A DNA stretch of 64,000 nucleotides from Octopus sinensis (Eukaryota): assembly GCF_006345805.1 (NCBI RefSeq), contig NC_043000.1, positions 10,912,001-10,976,000 of the forward strand, written 5' to 3'. Below the pieces are notes generated by a model, which saw nothing but the letters and a program-made list of their open reading frames with translations, searched no databases and had not been told where the DNA came from. A program made the position numbers and the translations under genes. This document shows positions 1-13,254 of this stretch, piece by piece. Positions within the stretch are counted from its first letter, which is position 1; each line of letters starts with the position of its first letter.

Positions 1-191
1 AGCCTCCATGAGGCCCAACACTTCAAAGTGCTTTTCACGAGCTGCCAACACAAGTGTCAGTTATTCTTGTAGAATATGCTTGTTTGTAAATGTGGTTTTG
101 GGTTCAGTTCTGTTGCACAACACCGTGGACAAACCAATACCTTGAGAGTGAATTTAACAGATGGAAACTGTGTGGAAGCCAGTTGTATATA

Positions 192-607
192 ATTCTTTAT
201 TGCCCACAAGGAGCTAAACATAGAGGGGACAAACAAGGACAGACATAGGGATTAAGTCGATTACATTGACCCCAGTGCATAACTGGTACTTATTTAATCG
301 ACCTCGAAAGGATGAAAGGCAAAGTCGACCTCGGTGGAATTTGAACTCAGAACGTAGCGGCAGACAAAATACCTATTTCTTTACTACCCACAAGGGGCTA
401 AACACAGAGGGGACAAATAAGGACAGACACACGGACTAAGTCGATTACATCGACCCCAGTGCGTAACTGGTACTTAATTTATCGACCCCGAAAGGATGAA
501 AGGCAAAGTTGACCTTGGCGGAATTTGAACTCAGAACGTAGTGGCAGACGAAATACCGCTAAGCATTTTGCCTGGCATGCTATCGATTCTGCCAGCTCGC
601 CATCTTT
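192..607 (-). mobile_element. SINE family A (tRNA-like head, Nin/Deu-like core), two-unit array
   Basis: Core GCCTTTCATCCTTTCGGGGTCGATAAATTAAGTACCAG resembles the Nin/Deu SINE domain. Two ~180-bp units are flanked by a 16-bp direct repeat AAGCCAGTTGTATATA (176-191, 608-623). Confidence 0.85.
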
Positions 608-1399
608 AAGCCAGTTGTATATATCATCATCCTCATCATTTTAATGTTCATTTTTCCCTGCTTGCATGGGTAAAATGGAGTTTATTGAGGCAGATTCTTT
701 ATGGCCAAATGCCCTTGCTGTTGATAACAGTCACATGCTTCCAAATAAGGTGATATTTTCCCATGGCCAGATACATTCTCACAGAATATTGGAAATGAGT
801 GATACTGCTTGTATGACAGTGACACTCATTTACAGCTATCCTGTGATGTCAAGACAAGGAGACACAAACACTCACATATACATACATGCATATATGTATG
901 TATGTACATACCTTAGGTAAGTTAAAATATGCTTGTGACATATTTCAACTTCTAAAGGCAAATTCACTGCTGTTATCAAGGAGTAAAAATTCTCTCTTAT
1001 TGTAAAAAAAACTTAAAAACATCATATTTACCTAGTGCTTCCCCCTATCAGATTCCTAGAAGGCCATTTCTAGCTCTTTAGCCTTCATCAATGGGGAATA
1101 CCGAAGAGAGATAACCCTGGAAACATTTAAAGCCATAGCTTTGATTAAAAGCAGTCAACACCAGTGACTGAGTTGTACTATCCAACTCCCTGATCAGGAT
1201 AAATATAATAGCATCAACACCAAGCAGTGATGAGGAACAAGCGAACTTTAGGCTAGTTAAAATAAATTCACTGCAGTTACCATGATTTTCTGTTATGGTA
1301 AAAGGTGCAATTTAGCCTCATGGAGGCAAGGACTGAAACCATTTGGCATTATGCCATGCTTCAGAAGACCCATCATGCCAAGTAAAACTGCACTCACGG

Positions 1400-1620
1400 T
1401 AGATACCAGTATCACGCAAATGGCACATGTGCTGGTGGCACATAAAAGCACCTATTATGCCCTTGGAGTGGTTGATGTTAGGAAGGGCACCCAGCTATAG
1501 AAACCATGCCAAAACAGACTGGAGTTTGGTACAGCCTTCCAGCTGCCAGCCCTGGTTAAACCATCCAACCCATGCCAGCATAGACAATGGATGCTGAATG
1601 GTGATGATGGTAATGATGAT
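1400..1620 (+). mobile_element. 5'-truncated RTE LINE 3' end, degenerate
   Basis: GGAGTGGTTG..AGGAAGGGCA..CAGCT motif and (GAT)n-like tail, shared with the RTE copy at 60.2-61.1 kb. Confidence 0.7.
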
Positions 1621-1621
1621 G

Positions 1622-1782
1622 ACAGGCTTCTTTCAGTTTCTATCCACCAAATCCACTCACAAGGTATTGGTCTGGTTCAGCTATTGTAGAAGACACTTGT
1701 TCATGGTTCCATGCAATGGGACTGAACCTGAAACCATGTGGTTGGGAGGCAAACTTCTTAACCATGCAGCAACACCTGTGCC
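1622..1782 (-). mobile_element. SINE family B 5' part (tRNA head, CORE-like domain)
   Basis: Matches fuller copies at 44690-45068 and 56850-57260. Other partial copies lie at about 4632-4792, 10100-10265, 12900-13095, 21680-21865, 25733-25915, 27420-27632, 37730-37835, 56365-56740 and 63215-63352. Confidence 0.75.
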
Positions 1783-2808
1783 ATTACATTGTCTGACAAA
1801 ATTTTAATTTCTTTTTTGTCTTTTATCAGTAAATGTTATTTCCTACTTGCTTCTGTCTAGAGATCAAAGGAAATGACCACTATTCTCTTCAAACTTTGCT
1901 TTTGTGACCTGGACATCAACGTTTTCAAACTGACCAATTTTCCATTACATTTCAGACAGATTCAGCACCAAGTTGCTGAAGCAGAAATATCATTATAGCA
2001 AATATTCTGCTCAATACCAAAGATTTCGCTTGTCAGTTGCTTGACCATAACCACTTAGGCATGTCCCTTAGTGACTGACAATATGTACACCTCTGACCAT
2101 AAGCAAAAAAAGTGGGGGAAGCATCATAGCAATATGTTGAAAGGGATTCTTTGGGGTTTGAATGAATGTAAAAAAATGCAAAGTTTCAATGAAATATTAG
2201 CCGCTGCAACCAAAGGACAAAAATCGTGTCACACAGTGTCATCTATGTCATTTTTTAAAAACAGTAGAATATGACTGAAAGAAATTTGGTCGCTCTTTCT
2301 AATAAGTTGAGTAATTGCACAGAGACTCTCTCATTGGTTTGTTTAAGTGATAGTTTTAATTCCTTCTGATTGGCAATCAGTGTTGTAACAATTTGGGATT
2401 TAGTTCATGTTTGGACGGCTGAATATTTGAGCTAATGTTCATAATATCACAGAGTGGCAAAATGACTGAGCTACGAAACATTAACAACATTGTTATGGCT
2501 TGCATGAAACATTGCAGAATATGTAGAAAATAGGTGTATTATAGTAAGTAACAGCAATGTAGATAAAACATTAAATATATGAAAAATAACATGTATTAAC
2601 AAAATGGTCATGTGATATATATATCACTCTTGTCTTTTAAAGCTTTTGAAAAGGAGTCTTTAACTCGAAATATCAGGACTAATTACATATTTGTAAGGTA
2701 ATATCTCAATATCTTAATGATATTTTTCCTATTTGATGTCCCATTTGCATTGCTATTACTTTCTATAACATACTGATTACATATTAACAGTATAAATGCA
2801 GAACTTAC

Positions 2809-3045
2809 CAGAAAGATGACAAACCCAAGGAAAACAATTGCTCCAAGAGGCACTAAAATATATGCCCAGGTATGTTTTCCTTCTAACTCAGTAGATATTG
2901 TGGAGGTACTGCTCGAAACTGTAGAGGTTGCATGTAATGTAGCCAATATGCTGGTCGGGGGACTTGGTTCCCTGATCACATAGTTAGTAGGGGGAGTCCC
3001 AGCTTGCTCAGCTGGGGCCTGAGCAGCTCCAAATTTTAGAGACAT
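2809..3045 (-). CDS. Coding exon of a single-pass membrane protein, SMIM29-like
   Basis: AAACAATG start followed by 79 codons (MSLKFG...Ser/Thr-rich...KHTWAYILVPLGAIVFLGFVIFL), ending exactly at a phase-0 GTAAGT donor (2808-2803). The TM segment shares Y-x-L-x-P-x3-I-x3-G spacing with the human SMIM29 TM as I recall it. Downstream exons were not found in the window. Confidence 0.7.
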
Positions 3046-3459
3046 TGTTTAAATGTAAAAGAAATTCAAAGTCATGGAGGAGTCAGAAGTGAAGTTGAGA
3101 CATGTTGGAGATCAAAGTTAAGAGAGGAAAAGTTTCAATGTAACATTTATGCACTCAAGCTGAATCTCTGTTTGCTGTATAAATTAACTGCGTTGAACAC
3201 ATGCTGTATACTTCCTTGAACACCATCCTCCTTGCAGTGGGTTTGATAGTAAATGCAATGTGTACACCAATGGATAATTACCTCAGAGAGTTTCAGAAGT
3301 TATCCTCACATCTGAAAAATTATATAAACTTAATGATAACACACATAACATAAATATATAATAAATATAACACATAACAAACATGTATGTATTTATGTAT
3401 GTGTGTGTATGCATGTATGTATGTATGCATGTATAGATGTATGTATATATATATATACA

Positions 3460-4181
3460 CCGTAAGATTTGAATGAAAATCAGAAAATGCGCAGATATGA
3501 AATTTGCTCATCACGTCTCTGTAACCAGATCGATCCATTTATTGACTGTATTGTAACTTGCGATGAAAAGTGGACTCTGTACAATAATAAAAAACGTTCT
3601 TTGCAGTCGTTGGACCAAAACGAAGCACTGAAATCTTCCCTAAACCTGAGCTCTTCATAAAGAAGGTTATGGTGACTGTTTGACTCATCCACTATAACTT
3701 CTTAAAACCCAGAAAAATCATTGCTTCAGAAACATATTGCTATGAAATTGCCAAAATGAACGAAAAACTGCTGCTCCTCCATCCCAGACTGGTCAACAGA
3801 AGAGGGCCAATCATTCTTCAAGACAATGCTCAATCACATGTTTCACTAATGAGTGAGGGAACTTGGCTATGAAGTCCTTCCCCACCTAGCTTATTCCCCA
3901 GACTTTTCTCCTACTGACTACCACTTTTTCAAGCAACTTGATGATTTCCTGTGAGAGAAGGAATTAAAAAATCAAACAGATGGTGAAAGTGTGTTCAAAG
4001 AGTTCATCAGCTCCAGAAGTCCAGATTTTTATGTTACCAGAATAAACAAACTTGTAACTCGTTGGCAAAAATGTGTTGATTGTAATGGTACTTACTTTGA
4101 TGAGTAAAATTTTCACATTGTTGAAATATATTGTGATGAATTTCATGTTTCAAAACGTTGCTTACTTTTTACTCAGCCTGG
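3460..4181 (+). mobile_element. Mariner transposon, 5'-truncated and degenerate
   Basis: Translates to IVTCDEKW, QDNA, YSPDFSPTDYHFF and RWQKCVDCNGTYFDE with stops and frameshifts. Right TIR (rc ACCAGGCTGAGTAAAAAGTAAGCAACGTTTT) is followed by TA. Confidence 0.9.
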
Positions 4182-4203
4182 TACATCTATGTACAGACAT
4201 ATG

Positions 4204-4234
<31 letters not shown>

Positions 4235-4246
4235 TATATATATCAG

Positions 4247-4581
4247 AGACCCCCCTTCGGTCACGACACAGACCATGGGATTGCACCTAGAAAGTTACCC
4301 TCCTAGACACAAATCCGGGCAAGGTTGTTTATGGAAGACCAGCAGTCGCCCATGCATACCAGCCTCCCCTCTCCACACCATCAGTGTTATCCAAGGGAAA
4401 GACAAAGGTCGATACAGCTTGGAACCAGTGACGGCGCAACTCATTTCTACAGCTGAGTGAACTGGAGCAACGTGAAATAAAGTGCCTTGCTCAAGAACAC
4501 AACATGCAGCCCGGTCCGGGATTCGAGCTCACAACCTCACGATCGTAAGCTCGACGCTCTAACCACTGAGCCATGCGCCTT
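4247..4581 (-). mobile_element. SINE family C (tRNA head, CORE-like domain), near full length
   Basis: Reverse complement of the copy at 39906-40244. Further copies at about 9635-9955 and 59403-59716 (both minus). Confidence 0.85.
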
Positions 4582-5534
4582 CATATATATATATATATAT
4601 TATATATATAAATACGCATATATACACACACACAACAGGTTTTCTTTACTTTCTATCAACCAAATCCAATCACAAGACTTTGGTTGGCCTGAGACTATAG
4701 TAGAAAACACTTTCCCAAAGGTACTACACAGTAGGACTGAACCTGGAATTATGTGGTTGGGAAGCAAACTTCTTACCACACAGCCATGCCTGCACACTTT
4801 CAAGACAATATTGTTGACACAGAGACTCTGTATGTTGAAGTCTGTTGGGAATGTTTTAGGTGCAGTCTCATTTCTGTGGTACAGTGTATTCTACATGATT
4901 TGGGGGGGTGGTGCATTTGAACAAGATACAATGAAAATTATGGAATGTGGAAAAGTAGGTGCAGTAGTTGGATTTAAGCAGAACAGCATTGTAATTAGAA
5001 CAAAGACATGTGAAATTAACAACATTTTACTCATCATGGTGAAATAAATGTCTCATGTTCTATTTAGAACTCAAAGTTTAATTGACAGAGAGAGGAACAA
5101 AGTTCTAAAAAACAGAAAGATTTTATAGTATTTAATTACAATAACAAAGCTAGTTTACTAATTACTGCCAAATTATACAGCACCAAGTGGGTTTTAATTA
5201 TAACAAAAGAGAAATAGCCCTTGGCTAAAATAACACCTAGATGATTCATAACAGGATATCTAGCACACTCAAAACCACAATGTTCATAATTTTATATTCT
5301 TATTTGTTGTAAGCATTGTGTATGTTGGACATTATTATCCATTGTGTCCAAGACAGTAGTGAGTGATGGAGATTCGATTGTTGTTTAGAACAGGTTGAAA
5401 AAAAATCAGGTGGAAGCGTCCTCATTGGGTTACAGGATACATATGTATTATATATATATATATATATCATCATCATTTAACGTCCATTCTCCATGCTAGC
5501 ATGGGTTGGACACTAGCATGGTTTGGACATATAT

Positions 5535-5581
<47 letters not shown>

Positions 5582-6399
5582 AATGTTTATTTTTGTTATA
5601 ATTACATTAAACTGATTACTCAGTATATATGTAGTAGAGTACAAATTTATTATTCTTAAACATGAAGCAGTGACTGTGACTTGGAAGTTTTGGCCAGCTA
5701 AGCCTTCACTGGACGCTGTGTGTATGTGTATATATATATCATATCAAAGATAGAGACAAGAACCAACATCCCATGATGTAGGCTTGATAATTGCCGAGAC
5801 TACTCTCAGCATGAAACCAATGGTAGCCTTGTTGTTAACCCACAAATAAAGTATGTGTGTGTGTGTGTGTGAGTGTATGTATGTGTGTGTGTATACACAT
5901 ACACATACAAATCAAAATTATCAAACCAACAGTATCAATTGTAATAAGTTAAACATCATTACATACATGTGTATGCCTTTATTATTTATTTAGGGGCCTT
6001 CGCACTAAGGATTCTAGTCTGAGTTTTGAAGAAATTCTAGGAAATGTGAGTACCTTATATACTTATAAAATGGAGTGTATACTTACATATAATAATTTGT
6101 GTCAACAATATTTGCCTTAAATACAAAAACATACATACATTGTGTGTTGTTGCTCCAGGGGAATCTGACACATTTTGTTATTCCAAAATAGAGGTGCAGA
6201 CATGGGTGTGAGGTCAAGAAGTTTGCTGCATAACAATGTGGTTCTTGGTTCAATCTGACTACATGGCATTTTGGGAAAGTGTCTAACTTAGCCTCAGATT
6301 GACCAATATTTTGCGAATGTGATCAATGTGAACTGTGCCTGTTGTGTACATATGTATTTAGTGTACACATACACTGTTTGCTACTGCTGCTTCATGGGG

Positions 6400-7020
6400 T
6401 TGGGGTCAGTGGTCCCAGGGACGTCATCATGCACAGAGCTGACCAAATCCACCAGTGCTCACCATTGCTAGTGGTCCTGTGCTAGACCCTCTGCATTCTC
6501 TAAGGTGATGTCGAGCCTTGGGAGAACTTCCTTAATCATATCTAGCCATCTGGTATGGGACTTGGGACAAGGTCTCTTCTAGGCCGTAGCTGCTGTGTTA
6601 AATGAGAGTAAAGCCCTGGTAGGATGATCTAGTAAAAGACAGAGGACATGTTCGTACCAGCGCCTGCAATGGATAGCTATGAGGTAGGAGGTTGTGGCCT
6701 GATGTGTGCACACATGCATTTCTTTGTTAGAAACATGATGGTACCATCTAATATTCTCAGTGGTTCTCATGGCTCTACTATTGAACCCATCAATCTTCTT
6801 TGCCAGGGTCTTTGAGAATTTACAAAGATGAGGTAAAAGATGTCTTGCAAACAACTTGCACATGCAAGTGCTACCAATCAAGAACTCTGCATACCGGAAG
6901 CCAGCAAGTTTATGGGGTCATCAGGAGAGAATGTGCGCCATTTTGGCGACGGCATCAATGTGCACCGGTCCCCCTCACTGATATGAGGCCCCGCTTACTA
7001 GATCAACTGGTTATCAAATA
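6400..7020 (-). mobile_element. RTE-clade LINE ORF2 C-terminal fragment
   Basis: KKIDGFNSRAMRTTENIRWYHHVSNKE...RRWYEHVL...RPCPKSHTRWLDMIK matches the RTE thumb / R-G-R-P-x-x-R-W pattern. Contains stops. Confidence 0.75.
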
Positions 7021-8380
7021 AAGCTCAATATTCTTCTAGCCATCACTCATCATTTCTTTTTAACCAAATCCAGTGGCTAGCCTTCTCCACTGTAGTTTGG
7101 ATATTGGTCATGGTGGTATTGACTTTACGATGAGTTAGGCCTAACGATATCAACTGTCGTCTCACACTGTGGCTGGATGCCCTTCATAACTTCAATTGGA
7201 AAATTCTCTGCTTTCCAGCCTGTCTTCACATTCCTTGAGGAGGTTTATATAAAGATTATAGAAGTAGAGCAGTAACTGTAATATCACTACTGTTGTACTG
7301 AGATTAAAGTTACAACAATGAGATTCACAAATATCACTGATTATAACAATATAAAAAAGTGATTAGCAGTAATTCTTGTATTATATTAAACTCTATGAAA
7401 CTGGAGTTGAGTGTTCTCAAGTGCAACACTTACATGTATGTGTGTGTATTTGCAGTGTAATGTAAAGCTTCCCTCTAAATTACTCCCTGATGTTGTTTAT
7501 TCGTGAACCTTGGTTAAAGGTTTTCTATAGACCAGTCACAGGTTCTCAGTATTCCTGATGGCAAGATTAACATGAATAAATATCTCAAAGACTGATTGTA
7601 AAGTGCCAGACTTAGAGACTTTTCAATGATGGATTTGGATATCAGTGATACATACTGACACATAAATGACAGCCAGCTTCTGTCTATCATATTCTACTTA
7701 TAAAAGTATTGGTTAACCTGAAGTTATGGTAGAAGGTACTTGCTCAAGGTGCTGTGCTGAGAGATCAGACCAAGAACAATACAGATGTGAATACAGTTGC
7801 TTAACTATAAAGCTATGCTCATGTCATTGGAAAAGTTTTAGTTTATTATTTGACATTATAAAAAATTTTAGAGTCAAGGTGAACAGAAATGATCCAAAGG
7901 AAAGTACTAGACACAGATAAGAAAATTGTGAGTATTTCCCCAACAAATATAAGCTATAAATGTGGTCACAATACTTTGACTAGCTCATGGTTTTCCAGAC
8001 GATAAATCAATATCATTGACATTTAAATCAAGAGACATTTGGAAAATGTTATAAATATTGTAGGGGGAAGATCAATTTTGATAACAATGTACTTTAAATG
8101 TGATCTGATTGGCTAAAAATGTCAGAGCTGTTTTCATAAGAGTGGTTACAAAATCACATTACCATGGTAATAATGTCATTGAATCATGTGGTTTATAACA
8201 GAGTGGCAGAGGTGAAGGCTACATGGTCATTAACACCTCAACACTTGAATTGTTATCTCTCTTATTGCACCTGGATATCTGATGCAGCATTTCAAGATAT
8301 TACTATATTTAACTGGTAGGTTACTGTATTTGATAGCATAAAACATACCTTGACATATTTAATGCGACTTCAATTTCATT

Positions 8381-8757
8381 TCTCTTTTACTTGTTTCAGT
8401 CATTTGACTGTGGCCATGCTGGAGCACTGCCTTTAGTCGAGCAAATCGACCCCAGCACTTATTCTTTGTAAGCCTAGTACTTATTCTATCAGTCTCTCTT
8501 GCCGAACCGCTAAGTTACAGGGATGTAAACAAACCAGCATCAGTTTTGTCAAGCGATGTTGGGGGGGGGGGACAAACACACACACATATATATATGACGG
8601 GCTTCTTTCAGTTTCCGTCTACCAAATCCATTCACAAGGCTTTGGTCGGCTCGAGGCTATAGTAGAAGACACTTGCCCAAGGTGCCACGCAGTGAGAGTG
8701 AACCCGGAGCCATGTGATTCATAAGCAAGCACTTACCACACAGCCACTCTTATGCCT
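8381..8757 (-). mobile_element. SINE family B, full length
   Basis: tRNA-like head, CACCTTGGGCAAGTG CORE-like block, internal microsatellite and 3' GAAACAAGTAAAAGAG end. Confidence 0.85.
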
Positions 8758-8812
8758 ATAGCACATATTCAAAAAAAAAAAAAAAAAAAAAAGAAAAGTT
8801 TTCAGGCATTAA

Positions 8813-9544
8813 CCATTTAGCATTCAAACCGGCCATATCTGACCTGAAAATATTCTACCAGTTTTATGTTCAAACCAGCTAGATCCAGCCTCTCAGACAT
8901 CATCATCATTGTTTAACATCCGCTTTCCGTGCTAGCATGGGTTGGACGATTTGACTGAGGTCTGGTGAACCAGATGGCTGTACCAGGCTCCATTCTAATC
9001 TGGCAGAGTTTCTACAGCTGGATGCCCTTCCTATCATCAACCACTCCGAGAGTGTAGTGGGTGCTTTTACGTGCCACTGGCATGAGGGCCAGGCAGGCAG
9101 TACTGGCAACGGCCACACTCAAATGGTGCTTTTTATGTGCCACCTGCACAGGAGCCAGTCCAGCGGCACTGGCAACAAACTCACTTGAATGCTTTTTCAT
9201 GTGCCACCAGCACAAGTGCCAGTAAAGCGACACAGGTAACGATCCCGCTCGAATGGCACTTTTTACATGCCATCGGTATGGAGGCCAGCTTGTTGCTCTG
9301 GCAACGATTACGCTTGTATGGTACTCTTAGCACTCCACTAGCACGGATGCCAGTCATCAAGTTTGATTTCGATTTCGATTTGATGACAGGCATCCGTGCT
9401 AGTGGAGCCATTCCTAAAATGTCATTCTACAAACAGACTATTACATCATTAAAATTTTGAAGTTATAAGTCAATGCATGATTAATTTAAAACTATGTGAA
9501 CATATAAGCATTACATTTAGTAAAGTAATCTGAATGCTAAAGGG
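8813..9544. mobile_element. piggyBac-like MITE interrupted by an RTE 3' fragment (about 8899-9400, minus)
   Basis: TTAA-CCATTTAGCATTCA ... TGAATGCTAAAGGG-TTAA: TIRs with TTAA TSD. Confidence 0.8.
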
Positions 9545-10466
9545 TTAAAGCTTATGGGAGGCCAAATTTCACTTACAGCACCTGGGTTGATTTTTGTTTT
9601 TTGAGACATTTTTGGGAAATAAAGCATGTCTTAAAAAGGGTAAAGATCCACCTTTGGTCATGAATGACCATGGGATTGCAACTAGAAAGTTACCCTCCAA
9701 GGCACAAGTCCATGCAAGACCAGCAGTCGCCCATGCATACCAGTGTCCTCTCTTATTGCTACCAATGTTATTCAAGGGAAAGGCAAAGGCTGATACAGCT
9801 TGGAACCAGTAACGACATTGCAACACATTTCTACAGCTGAGTGAATTGGAGCAACATGAAACAAAGTGTCTTGTTCAAGAACACAACACAGCCCAATTCA
9901 GGAACTGAGCTCACTACCTCATGATTGCAAGCCTGACACTAACCACTGAGCCAAAATGCCTTTTTTTTTTAAAGCATGCCATATACTGTTAAATATGATA
10001 CCTTTAGAAGAGACCAAGAATGAAGTTTAAGTAGTGAGTAATCGAGATGGTAGGGCAGCATTGAGGTGATATGTTTTAAATTTTTTCTCATATGTTTCCA
10101 TAGAGTGGCTGTGTGGTTAAGAAGCTTGCTTTGCAACCATGGGATTTAAGGTTCAGTAACACTGTGCAGCACCTTCAACAAGTGTCTTCTACTATGCTTG
10201 TGAGTTAATTTAGTAAACAGACACTGTGGAAGCCTATCGTGTGTGTGTATATACATGTGTGTTTGTATATATATATATATATTTAAGAGCATGGAATGCA
10301 TATTCTGCATTGATTGCGAAATCACAGGTGATATGTAACTAAATTCTGTTTTTAAATGACTCGCTTTGAAGTTTTGCATTCGGTACAATTTGTTTATTTT
10401 AGTAGTTTTGACTGCAAAAGTCCATCCTAGCGTGCGGTACCTATGAATAATAGTACCCTCTATATA

Positions 10467-10510
<44 letters not shown>

Positions 10511-10709
10511 TTAAGTAGGTGAATGAATTATCCTAGTATGGATAATTCGGTTAATCGATACCTGGGTAGCAAATTCACATCAGAAAACACGGTTGAAGCT
10601 ACATGCCAAGGGCAGAACCCCGTGTTCTTGTGTGAAAATTTGTGTGTTTTTTTTATATGAATAAATGTAAAGAATGGAGTCGAACGAAGATTTTAACAAA
10701 ATTTCTTTA

Positions 10710-10792
10710 CTCTCGACACATGTTTCGAAGATTGCATACTCTTAATTCCGAAGGAATGAAGGGTGCATTATGCTGTCTTCTCATCAGGAAAG
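10710..10792 (-). ncRNA. Type I hammerhead ribozyme, inverted copy in the PLE pLTR
   Basis: rc: CTTTC-CTGATGA-GAAGA...TCTTC-GAAA-C-ATGT-G-TC-GAGAG. Confidence 0.8.
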
Positions 10793-11751
10793 ACAAGGAA
10801 CCTCTATCAGCCTCAAGACGAACAAAAACTTTTTGATGACTGCCTACATGGTGTCCACAGTGATAATGAGTGTTTTTTTAAAAATAATCCGTTATAAGCA
10901 ATGACGTCAAAATTGGTTGGAAGGAGGAAGTTTTAAAAATAGGAAGGGGACAGTATGTATGCTGTATGTATGGGGATGCACGGGTGTATGCTTTTGTTAA
11001 TGAGTTTGAGTGTTTATGTTTGTGTATGAGTGTGTGTATATAACTGCATTTGTGTCTGTGTCTGTCCATATTGTCTGTATCCTTTCCTTTTGATAAGGGC
11101 AGGAAATATTGTGGCATTTGTAATTCTGAACTCTTCTAAATCCTTTTTGCCAAGTTCCCCTTGGTAAACAAACTAATAGAAAAATCCTATAAGTGTAAGC
11201 ATTGGCAGAAATACACCTTCCATTCATATAAATGATAAATAATATAGATAACCTCTTTGGTTTTAATAGTTAGTTTCACGTCTACACCACTGCCATAGAC
11301 AAATTCTTTCTTTCTACTCCGTTGCACGAAACAATACTACTAAATACCATTGGCGTATGTTTATCTCTTTCTCTCTACCTCTCCCCCCTCTCTCTCTATC
11401 ATACGCACAATCAAACACAGACACAAATTTGTCACCTCACTACTAAATATATTTGACGATTGTCCCCCCCACACACACACACAATTACATACACACACAG
11501 ACACAAATGCAGTTATATACACACACATAAACACTCAAACTCATTAACAAAAGCATACACCCGTGCATCCCCATACATACAGCATACATACTGTCCCCTT
11601 CCTATTTTTAAAACTTCCTCCTTCCAACCAATTTTGACGTCATTGCTTATAACGGATTATTTTTAAAAAAACACTCATTATCACTGTGGACACCATGTAG
11701 GCAGTCATCAAAAAGTTTTTGTTCGTCTTGAAGCTGATAGAGGTTCCTTGT

Positions 11752-11834
11752 CTTTCCTGATGAGAAGACAGCATAATGCACCCTTCATTCCTTCGGAATT
11801 AAGAGTATGCAGTTTTCGAAACATGTGTCGAAAG
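11752..11834 (+). ncRNA. Type I hammerhead ribozyme in the PLE pLTR
   Basis: Stem I CTTTC/GAAAG, core CTGATGA (11757-11763), extended stem II GAAGAC/GTTTTC with GCATA/TATGC, GAAA, minimal stem III with palindromic ACATGT, and GTC cleavage triplet ending at 11829. Confidence 0.85.
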
Positions 11835-12103
11835 TAAAGAAATTTTGTTAAAATCTTTGTTCAACTCCATTCTTTACATTTATTCATATATATATATCAT
11901 GATGATGATGATGATATATATATATATATGCATATGTGGATACAGGACATCACAAACAGTAAACAACACGAGAGATACAAAAACAAATGAGTTGAATACG
12001 CAAATGAGAGAAACAAATGGAAAACAGGACAAGTAACATAAAGAACGACCCTTCATCAGTTGTCAGCTGCCTATCTACTCCTCATTTCGAGCATATATAT
12101 ATA

Positions 12104-12894
12104 CATTGGGTTGTCCAGAAAGTTCGTGTCAATTTATAGTAGCTTATCTTTCGACTTAGTTTAGAACGTGGTTGAGTCCATAAAATAGGATTTTACTACA
12201 CCTCCATTTAGAGCACAGTTTAAACTGAGCTGGCAGAGACGTTAGCATGCCGCGCGAAATGCTTAGTGGTATTTCGTCTGCTGTTACGTTCTGAGTTCAA
12301 ATTTCGCCGAGGTCGACTTTGCCTTTCATCCATTTGGGGTCGATAAATTAAGTACCAGTTACGCACTGGGTCGATGTAATCGACTTAATCCCTTTGTCTG
12401 TCTTTGTTTGTCCCCTCAAATGTTTAGCCCCTTGTGGGCAATAAAGAAATTTTTGTGGAAGAAGTTTTATGTTCCTATAACCTGTGTTAATTCTGTAACC
12501 CTTTAAAATGGAAGGTAAGAAAGTTCATTTTCGGCACTTGATGCTTTGAGAACCAGACAAAAATTGCTGCAGCTCGGCTGGGATGTGTTACTCCACCTTC
12601 CATATTCACACAGACGTTGCTCCTTCAGATTTCCACTTATTCAGGTCTCTGCAGAATAGTCTTAATGGTAAAAATTTCAGCTCCTTGGATGATGTAAAAA
12701 GATACCTTGATGAATTCTTTGCCATGAAACCACCTCAATTCTGGGAAGAGGGTATTTTCAAGTTAAAGGAAAGATGGAGATGCATTGTGCAACAAAATGG
12801 TTCATATTTGCTTGATTAAAAATGTAACGGTAAGTATTTATTGACCGTTTTCTTTCCTTTAAAAATCGGCAAGAACTTTCCGAACAACTCAATA
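12104..12894 (+). mobile_element. Internally deleted mariner with a nested SINE A (12227-12450)
   Basis: Imperfect ~30-bp TIRs (CATTGGGTTGTCCAGAAAGTTCGTGTCAATTT and the rc of the 3' end). MEGKKVHFRHLML is fused to LGWDVLLHLP..DVAPSDFHLFRSLQ..RW..NGSY. Confidence 0.9.
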
Positions 12895-13254
12895 TGTGTG
12901 TGTGTGTGTGTCTCTTCCAATTGCTTGACAACTGGTGTTTGTTTGTTTAGGTTCCTGTAACTTAGTGATTTGACAAACAAGATCAATAGAATAAATACCA
13001 GACTTAAAATAAATACTGGGGTTGATTTGTTCAACCAAACCCTCAACAGCAGAGCCCTAGCATAGCTGCAGTTCAATAGCTGAAACAAGTAAAATATCAA
13101 AAGCCAAATGAGATCCAAATTTTCAGAGAAGTAACTTTTACTCAGAAATAAAAATCTGTTCCAACATTCAAGGGTTTTCTAGTCAAGTTTAGTTCTTCAT
13201 CACATTATTTCAGTAAACATGTTGAAAGGAGATATATATATATATATATATATA

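Larger units (their letters stand above)
10654..11890 (+). mobile_element. Penelope-like element: inverted pLTR + GIY-YIG C-terminal remnant + pLTR
   Basis: ~400-bp inverted arms (10654-11070 and 11495-11890). Between them, 11083-11235 translates FPFDKGRKYCGICNSELF*ILFAKFPLVNKLIEKSYKCKHWQKYTF, the C-x2-C...LN...KCxH pattern of PLE endonuclease tails. Flanked by (TA)n. Confidence 0.85.

Noticed and set aside
12030-12065. Minus-strand CTGATGA-AGGG hammerhead-like start
   Set aside because: No closing stem II or GAAA nearby.
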